From the IMG/VR virus record IMGVR_UViG_3300008116_000198: 64,000 nt of DNA; one strand, given 5' to 3'. The stretch comes from an uncultured virus (IMG/VR IMGVR_UViG_3300008116_000198) (lineage: Duplodnaviria > Heunggongvirae > Uroviricota > Caudoviricetes). Below the pieces are notes generated by a model. That model was given only the letters and a program-made list of their open reading frames with translations. It was not told the origin of the DNA and did no database searches. Shown here in pieces: positions 9,315 through 18,463 of this stretch; within the stretch, counting starts at the first letter, position 1; the number at the start of each line of letters is the position of its first letter. Made by a program: the position numbers and the translations under genes.

Positions 9315-10862
9315 ATGACATTTTTCGCATTTCTAGTGCTTTTAAGCGCAATAGCCATTTCTGCTTGTGGTGCATATTTTAGCATTATTGGTCTTAAAAT
9401 GTTGTTTATTGGGGGAGGAGTATCAATCATAGTGATGGGAACCGCGCTTGAAATTGGAAAACTTATCACCGCCACCTTCTTGAAACAAAAATGGAACGAG
9501 ATTGGATTTCTTCTGAAAACATATCTTGTTATCGCCACAATATTTTTGATGGGTATAACTTCTATAGGAATATATGGGTATTTGAGTGCAGGATACACTT
9601 CAACAAATATTGCAGTAAAAGGATATGAGCAACAAATAGAATCAAACAATATAAAGATAGTTGATCTTGAGAAAGAAATAGAAACACTCAAGAAGACAGA
9701 ATACAATGTGGTGGAAATAGGAGCGACTGAAGATAATAGGAAAAAAACAATAGAGCAAAAATTACAACTGATTGCTCAAAGAAATCAACGTATAGAAGCT
9801 ATAAGAAAATCATCAAACACAAATCAAGACGCATCTGGTGATATTTTAGCAGCCAAGCAAGCATTGGAATTATCAAAGTCTTCAACAGATAACGATATCT
9901 CAAGAGAACTTGAGCAAATAAAGCTGTATAATTCAAGATTAGAAATTTTAGATAAGGAAGTACAGAAATGGATAGATCAAGGAACGGGAAATTTATTCAG
10001 AAAAAGCGGGTTGGACCAAGCAAGAATTGTAAAGGAAGGACAGGAAAAGGAACGCTCCGATATAGATGCACAAATTAAATCTTCACAGGACAGAATATCA
10101 AAATTAAGAGATCAATATTCATCCCAAGTAAAAGAATACAACAGTCGTGTAGCTGAAATAGAAGGTAGAAGTAAATCACAAAGAGGAGAAATAGAATCCA
10201 ATGTAAAAAATCTTGAAAAAGAAATAACGGAAATAGAAGCATCTATAGTATCATACAATAAGGAAGTGGATGAAAAGATTTCATTGCTTAACAAGAACAA
10301 AGAAGAATCCGCCGAAAAAGGAAAAAATAAAATTTCAGAATATCAAGAAAACATAAAAGTTCTTAGAGTTCAAAACACCGAGATACAGGAAAAAATTATT
10401 GGGACTGACGTTGGTACATTTAAATTCATCGCAAATAGTCTTGGAATACCATTGGAAAAGGCTGTAAATTATTTCATATGGTCTATTATGGCCGTGTTTG
10501 ATCCATTGGCTATATGTTTAATCCTAGCATTTAATTCGTTGATGATAGATAGTAAAAACAAAAAATCAAAAAATAATGATAAAGAACTTAACGTAGTTGA
10601 AATTTTACCTACGTTGGAACACACGCCCACACCAACTCCTACACCAACTCCTACACCAACTCCAACGCCAACTCCAACGCCAACTTATATACCTTCTCCA
10701 ACGCCGACATATGTTCCATCTAACACTCCAACACCAACGCCAACCGAAATACCAATTCAAGTCGAGTCTACAAATGAAGATATAAATGTTGCCGCGCCAC
10801 TTCCCCCACCAATTGCTATACCTCACGCAATATCAAATGGAAAATTGCATCCAAGACAATAA
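9315..10862 (+). CDS. membrane-anchored coiled-coil protein with a Pro-Thr repeat tail
   Basis: Three N-terminal hydrophobic segments, a long heptad region, a further TM segment (FIWSIMAVFDPLAICLILAF) and a (PT)n tract. Confidence 0.8.
   Translation: MTFFAFLVLLSAIAISACGAYFSIIGLKMLFIGGGVSIIVMGTALEIGKLITATFLKQKWNEIGFLLKTYLVIATIFLMGITSIGIYGYLSAGYTSTNIAVKGYEQQIESNNIKIVDLEKEIETLKKTEYNVVEIGATEDNRKKTIEQKLQLIAQRNQRIEAIRKSSNTNQDASGDILAAKQALELSKSSTDNDISRELEQIKLYNSRLEILDKEVQKWIDQGTGNLFRKSGLDQARIVKEGQEKERSDIDAQIKSSQDRISKLRDQYSSQVKEYNSRVAEIEGRSKSQRGEIESNVKNLEKEITEIEASIVSYNKEVDEKISLLNKNKEESAEKGKNKISEYQENIKVLRVQNTEIQEKIIGTDVGTFKFIANSLGIPLEKAVNYFIWSIMAVFDPLAICLILAFNSLMIDSKNKKSKNNDKELNVVEILPTLEHTPTPTPTPTPTPTPTPTPTPTYIPSPTPTYVPSNTPTPTPTEIPIQVESTNEDINVAAPLPPPIAIPHAISNGKLHPRQ
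10623..10746 (+). repeat. coding tandem repeat (CCAACN)n encoding Pro-Thr
   Basis: acaccaactcct / ccaacgccaact units. Confidence 0.85.
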
Positions 10863-10925
10863 ATTATTTATTATACATTGACAAAAATAAATTTATGCAT
10901 ATATATGTAAGCCTCAATCATATAT

Positions 10926-11540
10926 ATGAGTTACAAAATTGTCAAAAACAAGGATTATCTACACAAGAAGACTGAACCAGTAGCGTCGATTGAAGAAGGC
11001 GAAGCAATTGCGAAGCAACTAATAGAAGCACTGGACCAGCTATCAAACGGACTTGGTTTATCCGCCAATCAAATTGGAATATCAAAGTCGGTTTCTGTCA
11101 TAAGAGTTAAGAAGGACAAAGATCCATTGATTCTTATGAATCCAACAATAACGGAATATAGTAAAGAAAAGCTTGTATTCACCGAAGGCTGTTTGAGTTT
11201 GCCCGGAAAACTTACAAACACGGTTCGTTCAACAAAAGTTACAGTATCAACATTAAATCATGCCAATCCAATTCCATTCGGACCAGAGGTCGAGCCAATC
11301 ACACAAGAATCTGTGAGAAGTGACTATGGGATATTAGAAGCGGTGTGTGTACAGCACGAGATAGATCATCTAAATGGTGTTCTTATGACCGACGACGGTG
11401 TAAGATACAACCCTCCACCAGAAAAAAAAGTAAAATATGGAAGAAATGACAAGGTGATGGTAGAAAAAAATGGAGAAACTCAATATATAAAATACAAGAA
11501 AGCCGAAGAGCTTTTAGCCGATGGATGGAAAATACTATAA
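10926..11540 (+). CDS. def: peptide deformylase
   Basis: GLGLSANQIG, EGCLS and QHEIDHLNG motifs; C-terminal GRND extension. Confidence 0.95.
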   Translation: MSYKIVKNKDYLHKKTEPVASIEEGEAIAKQLIEALDQLSNGLGLSANQIGISKSVSVIRVKKDKDPLILMNPTITEYSKEKLVFTEGCLSLPGKLTNTVRSTKVTVSTLNHANPIPFGPEVEPITQESVRSDYGILEAVCVQHEIDHLNGVLMTDDGVRYNPPPEKKVKYGRNDKVMVEKNGETQYIKYKKAEELLADGWKIL

Positions 11541-11548
11541 AACAAAAC

Positions 11549-11713
11549 ATGAATATCAATACTGATAATCTTGAGGAAATAAAGCAATTACTAGAATATG
11601 CTCTTGAATACCGTAGTTGGCCCAGTGTTGAAGATGCACTGGCCATTCTCAATGAAGAATTGGGATACGAAAACGAAGAGGATACAGATGAGGAAGAAAT
11701 AGACGAGGAATAA
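11549..11713 (+). CDS. small acidic hypothetical protein
   Basis: Fills the gap between def and the next gene; acidic C-terminus; ATG 11549 preferred to the overlapping 11525. Confidence 0.6.
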   Translation: MNINTDNLEEIKQLLEYALEYRSWPSVEDALAILNEELGYENEEDTDEEEIDEE

Positions 11714-11717
11714 AATT

Positions 11718-11972
11718 ATGTGGATACTATGGACGTTGTTGGTTATATTTTTCATCGCCGCTTGTGCGTTCGGCTATGCGTGTTACAACATGGTTAAGAA
11801 AATAGAAACCTATGAAGAATGGTTAGAATTCTTCAGAGGCGAAGTAGACGATGTGTACAACAGAATGAAGGCTGTGGACGATAGAAATTTATTTGAAAAA
11901 GACGACGACGTTGGGTTTGTATTCACAGAACTAGTAAGAATATCAAAAGAGTTCAACGAACGCATCAAATAA
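11718..11972 (+). CDS. small membrane protein
   Basis: N-terminal TM helix; C-terminal FEKDDDVG. Confidence 0.7.
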   Translation: MWILWTLLVIFFIAACAFGYACYNMVKKIETYEEWLEFFRGEVDDVYNRMKAVDDRNLFEKDDDVGFVFTELVRISKEFNERIK

Positions 11973-11975
11973 CAT

Positions 11976-12866
11976 ATGAAGAAACGCAAAAAAATTGTTA
12001 GATCGACTAAAAAGTCGATCAAAAAGATAAAATTGATCAAAAAGATAAAAAAGATACAGAAGAAAAAAGTTGTTAAAATACATACACTTCCTACTGAATT
12101 TTCTCAAGTACAAGATCCGCTCACAAGACGACGCGGTAGACCAAAAGGAAGAAAAAACAAGAATACACTCGACGGTGCTCCCAAAAAAACTTCAAATGTA
12201 TACTTCACAAAAGACACCGAGGATGCTATTGTGGCGTACAACGAAACTGAAGACCCTAGGGAAAAAGATCGCATCTACAATGACAAGATACAAGCTGCTT
12301 TTTCAAAGATTGCAGAAAACGTTTATAACACGTTCAAATTCAGTTACGCTGATGTAAGCCCACTTGAAATTCAAAAGCAGGCTATATCGCATATGGTGGC
12401 TAATATAGCCAAGTATGAGAAAGGAAAAGGAAAAGCATTCAGCTATTTTAGTATCGTGGCAAAGCATTGGTTTATTTTGGATAATAACACCACATATCGT
12501 CGTTTTAAAAAGCATGTTGAAATATGTGAGCAAGTGGGCGAGTCTGGTGAGTTTGTTATTGAACCAGAACATGAGAAGCAAGAAAGTGAGACTCGTGAAT
12601 TTATAAAGCTCATGGTTGAATATTGGGATAAAAATGTAGGTAAGCATTTTACCAAAGAACGTGATCTAAAAATAGCTAATGCTGTGATTGAGATTTTTAG
12701 AAACTCAGATCGAATTGATGTATTCAATAAAAAAGCACTATATTTGTATATACGTGAAATAGCAGATTGCCAAACTCAACATATTACGAAAGTAATTAAT
12801 CGCATGGCAAAGCCACAATCAGATATAAAAAGTGAATATTTGAACCGTGGTACCATTGTTATCTAA
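11976..12866 (+). CDS. T4 gp55-like late-transcription sigma factor with a basic N-terminal extension
   Basis: YFTKDTEDAIVAYN...KIAEN...KYEKGKGKAFSYFSIVAK resembles the gp55 region-2 pattern (FDPEK..NPFAYFT). Confidence 0.7.
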   Translation: MKKRKKIVRSTKKSIKKIKLIKKIKKIQKKKVVKIHTLPTEFSQVQDPLTRRRGRPKGRKNKNTLDGAPKKTSNVYFTKDTEDAIVAYNETEDPREKDRIYNDKIQAAFSKIAENVYNTFKFSYADVSPLEIQKQAISHMVANIAKYEKGKGKAFSYFSIVAKHWFILDNNTTYRRFKKHVEICEQVGESGEFVIEPEHEKQESETREFIKLMVEYWDKNVGKHFTKERDLKIANAVIEIFRNSDRIDVFNKKALYLYIREIADCQTQHITKVINRMAKPQSDIKSEYLNRGTIVI

Positions 12867-12883
12867 AACATATATATTCAGAC

Positions 12884-12891
12884 TATTTATA
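12884..12891 (+). promoter_or_regulatory. TATTTATA putative late promoter
   Basis: Ends 4 nt before ATG 12896. Confidence 0.6.
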
Positions 12892-12895
12892 GTGT

Positions 12896-13276
12896 ATGGA
12901 AACTTCCGAGTATGAATTGTATAAGGGAAAAAGCTTTGCTTCACTGTGCAAAGATATTGTCAGCAATTCTGAAGAAAAGAAGCAGCAATTAGATGTTTTG
13001 ATTACAGATCTTCGTGAAATGATTAAAACAGTAAACGATGCTGTTACAATTGTACCACTATTAAAGGAATATTTTGACGCTGGTATAAGAAACGACGAAC
13101 AATTAATTAAACTGGCTGCAATTGTTCAAAGACTCATGGCAGATAGAGCAGGTGCAGAATCAGATTCCAACAGTGGTATATTGACGGACGACGAAAAGAA
13201 ACAGTTGATGAGTGTTATAGAAGAGGCGGCAAAGCCTGTTCAAAAAATTAAACAACCAACCGACGAAAGATCATAA
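12896..13276 (+). CDS. hypothetical phage protein
   Basis: 126-aa ORF coupled to the next gene (TAATG). Confidence 0.75.
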   Translation: METSEYELYKGKSFASLCKDIVSNSEEKKQQLDVLITDLREMIKTVNDAVTIVPLLKEYFDAGIRNDEQLIKLAAIVQRLMADRAGAESDSNSGILTDDEKKQLMSVIEEAAKPVQKIKQPTDERS

Positions 13277-14733
13277 TGGCATATGTAAATGCAGAACGTC
13301 GCAGTGATCTTAATGTAAAACAAGACGATTTGCTTGCGTCGAAACGTTTTGTGTTGGAAAGAAAACCGGATAGTTCATTTTTTTACGAGTTGGAAGAAGC
13401 TGTAGTATTGGATGTGGTGATGGACGAAAACCATCCATTGGTAAAAAATAATGCAGTTTTGGTTGGGGCCATGCCACCTAACATAGATGGTAGTGAAGTA
13501 CAAGAAGGAACAGAAGATTACGGTAGAATTGGATGCATCAAGTTCAGATTCTTGAATTCGGAAAGAAACAAGAAAAAAGAACAACTTAATTGGGCATATC
13601 CAATAGAATGTACAGGAATAACAGAATGGCCGCTCATGAATGAAACGGTTATTGTTGGTGTATATTTGGGCAAGTTCTATTACAGTAGGAAATTGAATTT
13701 CAATTCCATCATAAATTCAAATGCTTCTTTCATAACAGAGAGAGTTGTTGGAAAAGTTGACGAAAACATAAATGAATATACGGAAAAACCATATGAGGGT
13801 CCAAGATCACAGTTGAATTATTACGGAGGACCAAATTATACGGGAGTTCTTGGTCAATATTTCAAGTTTAATCCTAAAATCAGAGGATTGAAACGATATG
13901 AAGGAGACACTATTTTAGAATCAAGATTTGGTTCATCGGTGCGATTTGGCGCATATGATGATAATCGTACAAATGACAGCGGGCTGAATGATTATTCTGA
14001 TGGTGGTGGAAATCCGATGATATTGATCAGAAATAGACAAGCGCCGATAAAAAATCCAGAAGGACAAACCGCAAGAGGGTACACGCGAGAAGACATAAAC
14101 AAAGATGGATCTTCAATTCATATTACATCTGGGAAAACAATTTCAAAATTTGCCCCAGAGACAAAAAATGCAATAATAAGTGGAAATAAGCCTGTACAGC
14201 TTCCTAAATTTGACGGAGATCAAATTGTAATCAACAGTGATAGATTGGTATTTTCTTCTAAGTCAAATGAAATGTTTTTCTTTTCCAAGAAAAAAATTGG
14301 AATGACAAGTGATGACACTATTTCCATTTCATGCCCAAACACGTTGACTTTGACTTCATTAAAGGTTGCTACAATAAATTCTCCACAAATATTTTTGGGA
14401 GATCATGCAAAAATATATGAGCCTGCATTACTGGGACGTTCTACAGTGGCTTGGATGTATGCGATGTGCGATTGGATGCTTTTGAATGTAAACACGCAAA
14501 TACAAATATTGACCACATTGATTTCATTTGCCACACCGGGAACGGGCCATAGTCACATCGGAAACATGGGAAAACCTACTCCAATATTTCCACCATCTGT
14601 TGTGGCTCCTCTTGCTCTTTGGGCAGAGCAATTACAATCTTTACAAGCATCTCAAATTAGTTTGTTGGCACTTCGTTCGCAGTTAAGTGAGCTTATGAGT
14701 AGTAGAGTGTTTGTATCAGGAGGATCGGATTAA
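13276..14733 (+). CDS. baseplate hub/spike (gp5-like) protein
   Basis: N-terminal OB-fold-like segment (WAYP...PLMNETV), EGDTILESRFGSSVRFG and QIVINSDRL; lies just before gp25/gp6. Confidence 0.55.
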   Translation: MAYVNAERRSDLNVKQDDLLASKRFVLERKPDSSFFYELEEAVVLDVVMDENHPLVKNNAVLVGAMPPNIDGSEVQEGTEDYGRIGCIKFRFLNSERNKKKEQLNWAYPIECTGITEWPLMNETVIVGVYLGKFYYSRKLNFNSIINSNASFITERVVGKVDENINEYTEKPYEGPRSQLNYYGGPNYTGVLGQYFKFNPKIRGLKRYEGDTILESRFGSSVRFGAYDDNRTNDSGLNDYSDGGGNPMILIRNRQAPIKNPEGQTARGYTREDINKDGSSIHITSGKTISKFAPETKNAIISGNKPVQLPKFDGDQIVINSDRLVFSSKSNEMFFFSKKKIGMTSDDTISISCPNTLTLTSLKVATINSPQIFLGDHAKIYEPALLGRSTVAWMYAMCDWMLLNVNTQIQILTTLISFATPGTGHSHIGNMGKPTPIFPPSVVAPLALWAEQLQSLQASQISLLALRSQLSELMSSRVFVSGGSD

Positions 14734-14739
14734 TAGCCT

Positions 14740-15606
14740 ATGGAATTTCCAAAATTTACAGCACCAACAATATCAATCAGTTCACAAACATCACTGAGTA
14801 GTATTGCAAAATCGTCTATACCTTCCATTAGTTCTCCAACAGGGCCGATCAACATAAGTGGTGTATCTAGTCAATTGTCTTTGTCTTCTATAGCTTCAAA
14901 TGCCAAGGTACCGACTTCATTATCAGGGGCGGCAAGTTCTTTGGGAGTACCAACGACCGTCGGTGGTATATCCTCCGCATTGGGAGGACCAACTTCGCTA
15001 TCGGCGGGATTGAGTTCCGCTGGCATTCCTACTACTTTACCAAATATATCGGCAGCAATACCTAATTTTTCAGCCACTTTACCGACACTCCCTACATTAA
15101 AATTGACACCAATTTCAAATTTTCCGGGACTAGATCAAGCTGGGATTTTACTTGGGGCTGGACCAAAATTTGCTGCTGAAAAAATTGCTAAACTAAAATC
15201 GATTGTTCCTCCATTTGCGCCGGGACTAAAGTTGAATATGGGAATGGTTGCCGGTGCATTATCGGTTATCAAAGCAATATCTTCGGCAAATCCATCAGAA
15301 TTATTGAAGCAAATAACTTCAAGTATTGCCGAAGACATAAAAGGTCAAGTTGGAGATGTTGCAAAGAGTGCATTAGATAGTACAGGAATTTCTAATATTC
15401 AAGGCCAAATACAAGGATTACAGAGTAGCGTAGAATCCACAGTATCTGGTGTTACGGGTGCAGTACAGGAAAACATATCCACTGTTACAGGGGCTGCACA
15501 GGATGCGGCTGCTTCTGTAACAAACCCTATACAAGAAACCGTATCTAATACAACATCGACGGTTAATGACAAAATAAGTGCTCTCAGCTTCCCACCATCG
15601 GGATAA
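14740..15606 (+). CDS. Ser/Thr/Pro-rich low-complexity protein, probably structural
   Basis: 288-aa ORF in the baseplate block; strongly biased composition. Confidence 0.65.
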   Translation: MEFPKFTAPTISISSQTSLSSIAKSSIPSISSPTGPINISGVSSQLSLSSIASNAKVPTSLSGAASSLGVPTTVGGISSALGGPTSLSAGLSSAGIPTTLPNISAAIPNFSATLPTLPTLKLTPISNFPGLDQAGILLGAGPKFAAEKIAKLKSIVPPFAPGLKLNMGMVAGALSVIKAISSANPSELLKQITSSIAEDIKGQVGDVAKSALDSTGISNIQGQIQGLQSSVESTVSGVTGAVQENISTVTGAAQDAAASVTNPIQETVSNTTSTVNDKISALSFPPSG

Positions 15607-15623
15607 TTATCAAAAATACATTA

Positions 15624-15631
15624 TATTTATA
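15624..15631 (+). promoter_or_regulatory. TATTTATA putative late promoter
   Basis: Followed by an AAGGA SD and ATG 15647. Confidence 0.6.
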
Positions 15632-15646
15632 TAAGGAACCATATAT

Positions 15647-16093
15647 ATGAAAAAGCAGGAACTTGTAGAAATTATAAGAACTCTAGTAAAAGAAGAAGTT
15701 AATAATGCACTTCCACATCTTCTTATGGAAGTTTTGGCAGAAAAAATGGTGCAAAATTCAAACTCTTTGTTGGAAACAAAAAAGCCAACAGAGCAGCTTC
15801 CAAAAAGAACACCAAATGTTTCTTTTGAAGCAACTCCAAAACAGTCACCAGTTCAAGCGCCAAAAACGTTCACAACAAACCCAATTTTGAATCAAGTGCT
15901 CAATGAAACTGTTGGAGGGATTCCACAAGAAGAATCTTCTGGTACACCATCCGCAATAGATGCACTTCAAAGTCTTCCAAAACAAGTATTGGCGGAAAAC
16001 AAAGAAGTTGCAGCGGTCGCATCTGCAATGACAAGAGACTATTCTCAACTATTGAAAGCAATTGACACGAAAGCAAAAGCTAAAAGACCATAA
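15647..16093 (+). CDS. hypothetical protein with an N-terminal 'ELVEIIRTLVKEE' leader
   Basis: ORF with SD; leader resembles those of 30490, 55402 and 55719. Confidence 0.75.
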   Translation: MKKQELVEIIRTLVKEEVNNALPHLLMEVLAEKMVQNSNSLLETKKPTEQLPKRTPNVSFEATPKQSPVQAPKTFTTNPILNQVLNETVGGIPQEESSGTPSAIDALQSLPKQVLAENKEVAAVASAMTRDYSQLLKAIDTKAKAKRP

Positions 16094-16500
16094 TGGCAAC
16101 ACAAAACGCACAACCTTATGGAATAACTCTACCCATAACACATGGGCCAAGTGGATATTTTAATCAAAGTTATAGCGTGGGAGAACAAATTAAAAGTAAT
16201 CTAAACTTATTGCTGAGAACAAAAAAGGGAGAAAGAAGAATGAATCCTGATTTTGGTTCTGGATTATGGAGCGTGTTGTTCGAGAATAATGTGGAGGAAA
16301 TTGGTCAAATTGTTGAATCCACTATCAGAAAAGATATATCAAGATGGATGAATTATGTGAATGTCGAATCTGTTGATGTTGATAGAACAAGTGATAGTTC
16401 GCAACACAGAATAAATGTTTCCGTAGTATACACTGTCCCAGTTGTTGGAATAACAAACGAGCAAGTATTACAAGTTGACATGAACACAACCAACGTATGA
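16093..16500 (+). CDS. baseplate wedge subunit, gp25-like
   Basis: IKSNLNLLLRTKKGERRMNPDFGSGL. Confidence 0.9.
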   Translation: MATQNAQPYGITLPITHGPSGYFNQSYSVGEQIKSNLNLLLRTKKGERRMNPDFGSGLWSVLFENNVEEIGQIVESTIRKDISRWMNYVNVESVDVDRTSDSSQHRINVSVVYTVPVVGITNEQVLQVDMNTTNV

Positions 16501-18452
16501 TATTAGACACACCAAAATCATTTCTACCGGGCAAAAAAGATGTCAAATATCTTAACAAGGATTTTTCCCAACTAAAATCCAGCTTGATTGAATTTGCCAA
16601 AACATATTATCCAAATACATATAAGGATTTCAGTGATGCATCAACAGGAATGATGTACATAGAAATGGCGGCGTATGTTGGAGATGTGCTTTCATACTAT
16701 ATTGATTATCAGTTCAAGGAATCGATGTTAGTAAATGCAGAAGAGCGCCAAAACATTATTGATGCGGCAAGATCTGTTGGTTACAAAACAAAGCCAAGCA
16801 CACCAAGTTTCACAAAATTGGATGTATATCAACTTATTCCTTCAAAAATAAATGAAGATGGCAGTATATCTCCAGACATGAAATATGCTCAGATTATAAA
16901 GCCGGGCATGGCGTGCAGCAGCGACTCTGGCATACCGTTTCTTACTAGTGTTCCCGTTGATTTTACTGTTGATACCAAGAATGATCCGTTGGAAATTTCC
17001 GTTTATCAAAGAAACGCTGCTGGTCAACCTGAATTTTATGTATTGAAAAAGACAGTAAGTGCATTTTCTGGTCAAATATCCACTGCCACAATTTCGGTTT
17101 CTTCTCCTGTTCCATTTTTCAAAGTTACTCTTTCAGATACAAATGTTATTGAAGTTATGGATGTATATGACTCCGATGGCAACAGATGGTATGAGACAGA
17201 TTATCTTGCACAAGATCTTGTTCCTATTGAAAGTGAAAACATATTCAAGAATGATTCTGCATTATCAACATATCGTGATACTGTTCCTTTCCTATTAAGA
17301 TATCTGAGAACACCGAAAAGATTTGTCACGGGGGTTGGTGCCGACAACACAACATTTTTGGAATTTGGATCTGGAACCAATGTTTCAGACGACGAAGTTA
17401 TTATTCCAAATGTGTATACAGTGAACAGAGTTTCAACTTTTAGAAATGAAACTGCCACATATGATCCATCAAATTTCTTGTCATCAAGAGCATTTGGTCA
17501 AGCACCTTCAAATACTTCATTGACAGTTCGTTATGTTGTTGGTGGCGGAATAACCAGCAATGTTAACGCAAATTCAATAAAGAACGTAACAGCGGTTGAT
17601 TTCTTCGGTGATATAACAGAACTTCCTGTTTTTGAACAGAATTTGACCACATTGGTAAGAAAGTCCATAAAAGTCAATAATCCATCTCCAGCGACAGGTG
17701 GTCGTAACGCCGAAACAAATGATGAAATACGAAATAATGCTCTTGCTAGTGTAGCAGCACAAGGTAGAGCAGTAACACAAAAAGATTATGTTATACGAGC
17801 ATATGCGATGCCTTCAAAATTTGGATCGGTTGCAAAAGCATGGGCAGTGTCGGATGCACAATTGAATCCACAAAATATCCAAGCACAGCCGCAGTCAGAT
17901 GTAACAAGTTCACTTTCTCCATCAGCAACAAATAACAAAACATTGCAGGCTGCAAACTCATTTGCGATAAATCTTTATTTGCTTGGTTATAACACAAATC
18001 AGAACTTGATTGCAACAAACGAGGCAATTCGTCAAAATCTCAAAAACTATTTGAATCAGTATCGTATGTTGACCGACAGTGTTAATCTTCTTGATGGATA
18101 TATCATCAACATTGGTGTCGATTTTACGATCATTGCATACAAGAATTACAACAAGAGAGAAGTGTTGGCAAACTGCATATCACTTGTTCAGAAATTCTTT
18201 GATATCAATAATATTCAATTCTGCCAACCAATCAATTTAAGCAGACTTGAATTGGAAATTGCAAAGGTGGACGGAGTTCAGTCTGTATCATCATTGAAGA
18301 TAAAGAATCTTACACTGCGTGATGGCGATTATTCTCCATATGAGTATGATATTGAAAAAGCGACTATGGACAAAGTGGTATATCCTTCCATAGATCCTAG
18401 CGTGTTTGAGGTTAAATTCCCATCAAAGGATATAGTAGGCCGCGTAAGTTGA
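16497..18452 (+). CDS. baseplate wedge subunit, gp6/baseplate-J-like
   Basis: KDFSQLKSSL, EMAAYVGDVLSYY, GGRNAET and RAVTQKDY. Confidence 0.88.
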   Translation: MILDTPKSFLPGKKDVKYLNKDFSQLKSSLIEFAKTYYPNTYKDFSDASTGMMYIEMAAYVGDVLSYYIDYQFKESMLVNAEERQNIIDAARSVGYKTKPSTPSFTKLDVYQLIPSKINEDGSISPDMKYAQIIKPGMACSSDSGIPFLTSVPVDFTVDTKNDPLEISVYQRNAAGQPEFYVLKKTVSAFSGQISTATISVSSPVPFFKVTLSDTNVIEVMDVYDSDGNRWYETDYLAQDLVPIESENIFKNDSALSTYRDTVPFLLRYLRTPKRFVTGVGADNTTFLEFGSGTNVSDDEVIIPNVYTVNRVSTFRNETATYDPSNFLSSRAFGQAPSNTSLTVRYVVGGGITSNVNANSIKNVTAVDFFGDITELPVFEQNLTTLVRKSIKVNNPSPATGGRNAETNDEIRNNALASVAAQGRAVTQKDYVIRAYAMPSKFGSVAKAWAVSDAQLNPQNIQAQPQSDVTSSLSPSATNNKTLQAANSFAINLYLLGYNTNQNLIATNEAIRQNLKNYLNQYRMLTDSVNLLDGYIINIGVDFTIIAYKNYNKREVLANCISLVQKFFDINNIQFCQPINLSRLELEIAKVDGVQSVSSLKIKNLTLRDGDYSPYEYDIEKATMDKVVYPSIDPSVFEVKFPSKDIVGRVS

Positions 18453-18463
18453 TTTATAACACC

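Noticed and set aside
10623..10746. CRISPR array or DNA-level repeat element
   Set aside because: Short in-frame coding repeat with no spacers; the same applies to 58988-59106
1..11540. Bacterial chromosome (LPS locus plus dnaK) flanking a prophage
   Set aside because: Composition is uniform with the virion genes, the phage late motif occurs inside the region (9303), dnaK lacks grpE/dnaJ/hrcA neighbours, and no integrase or att site is visible
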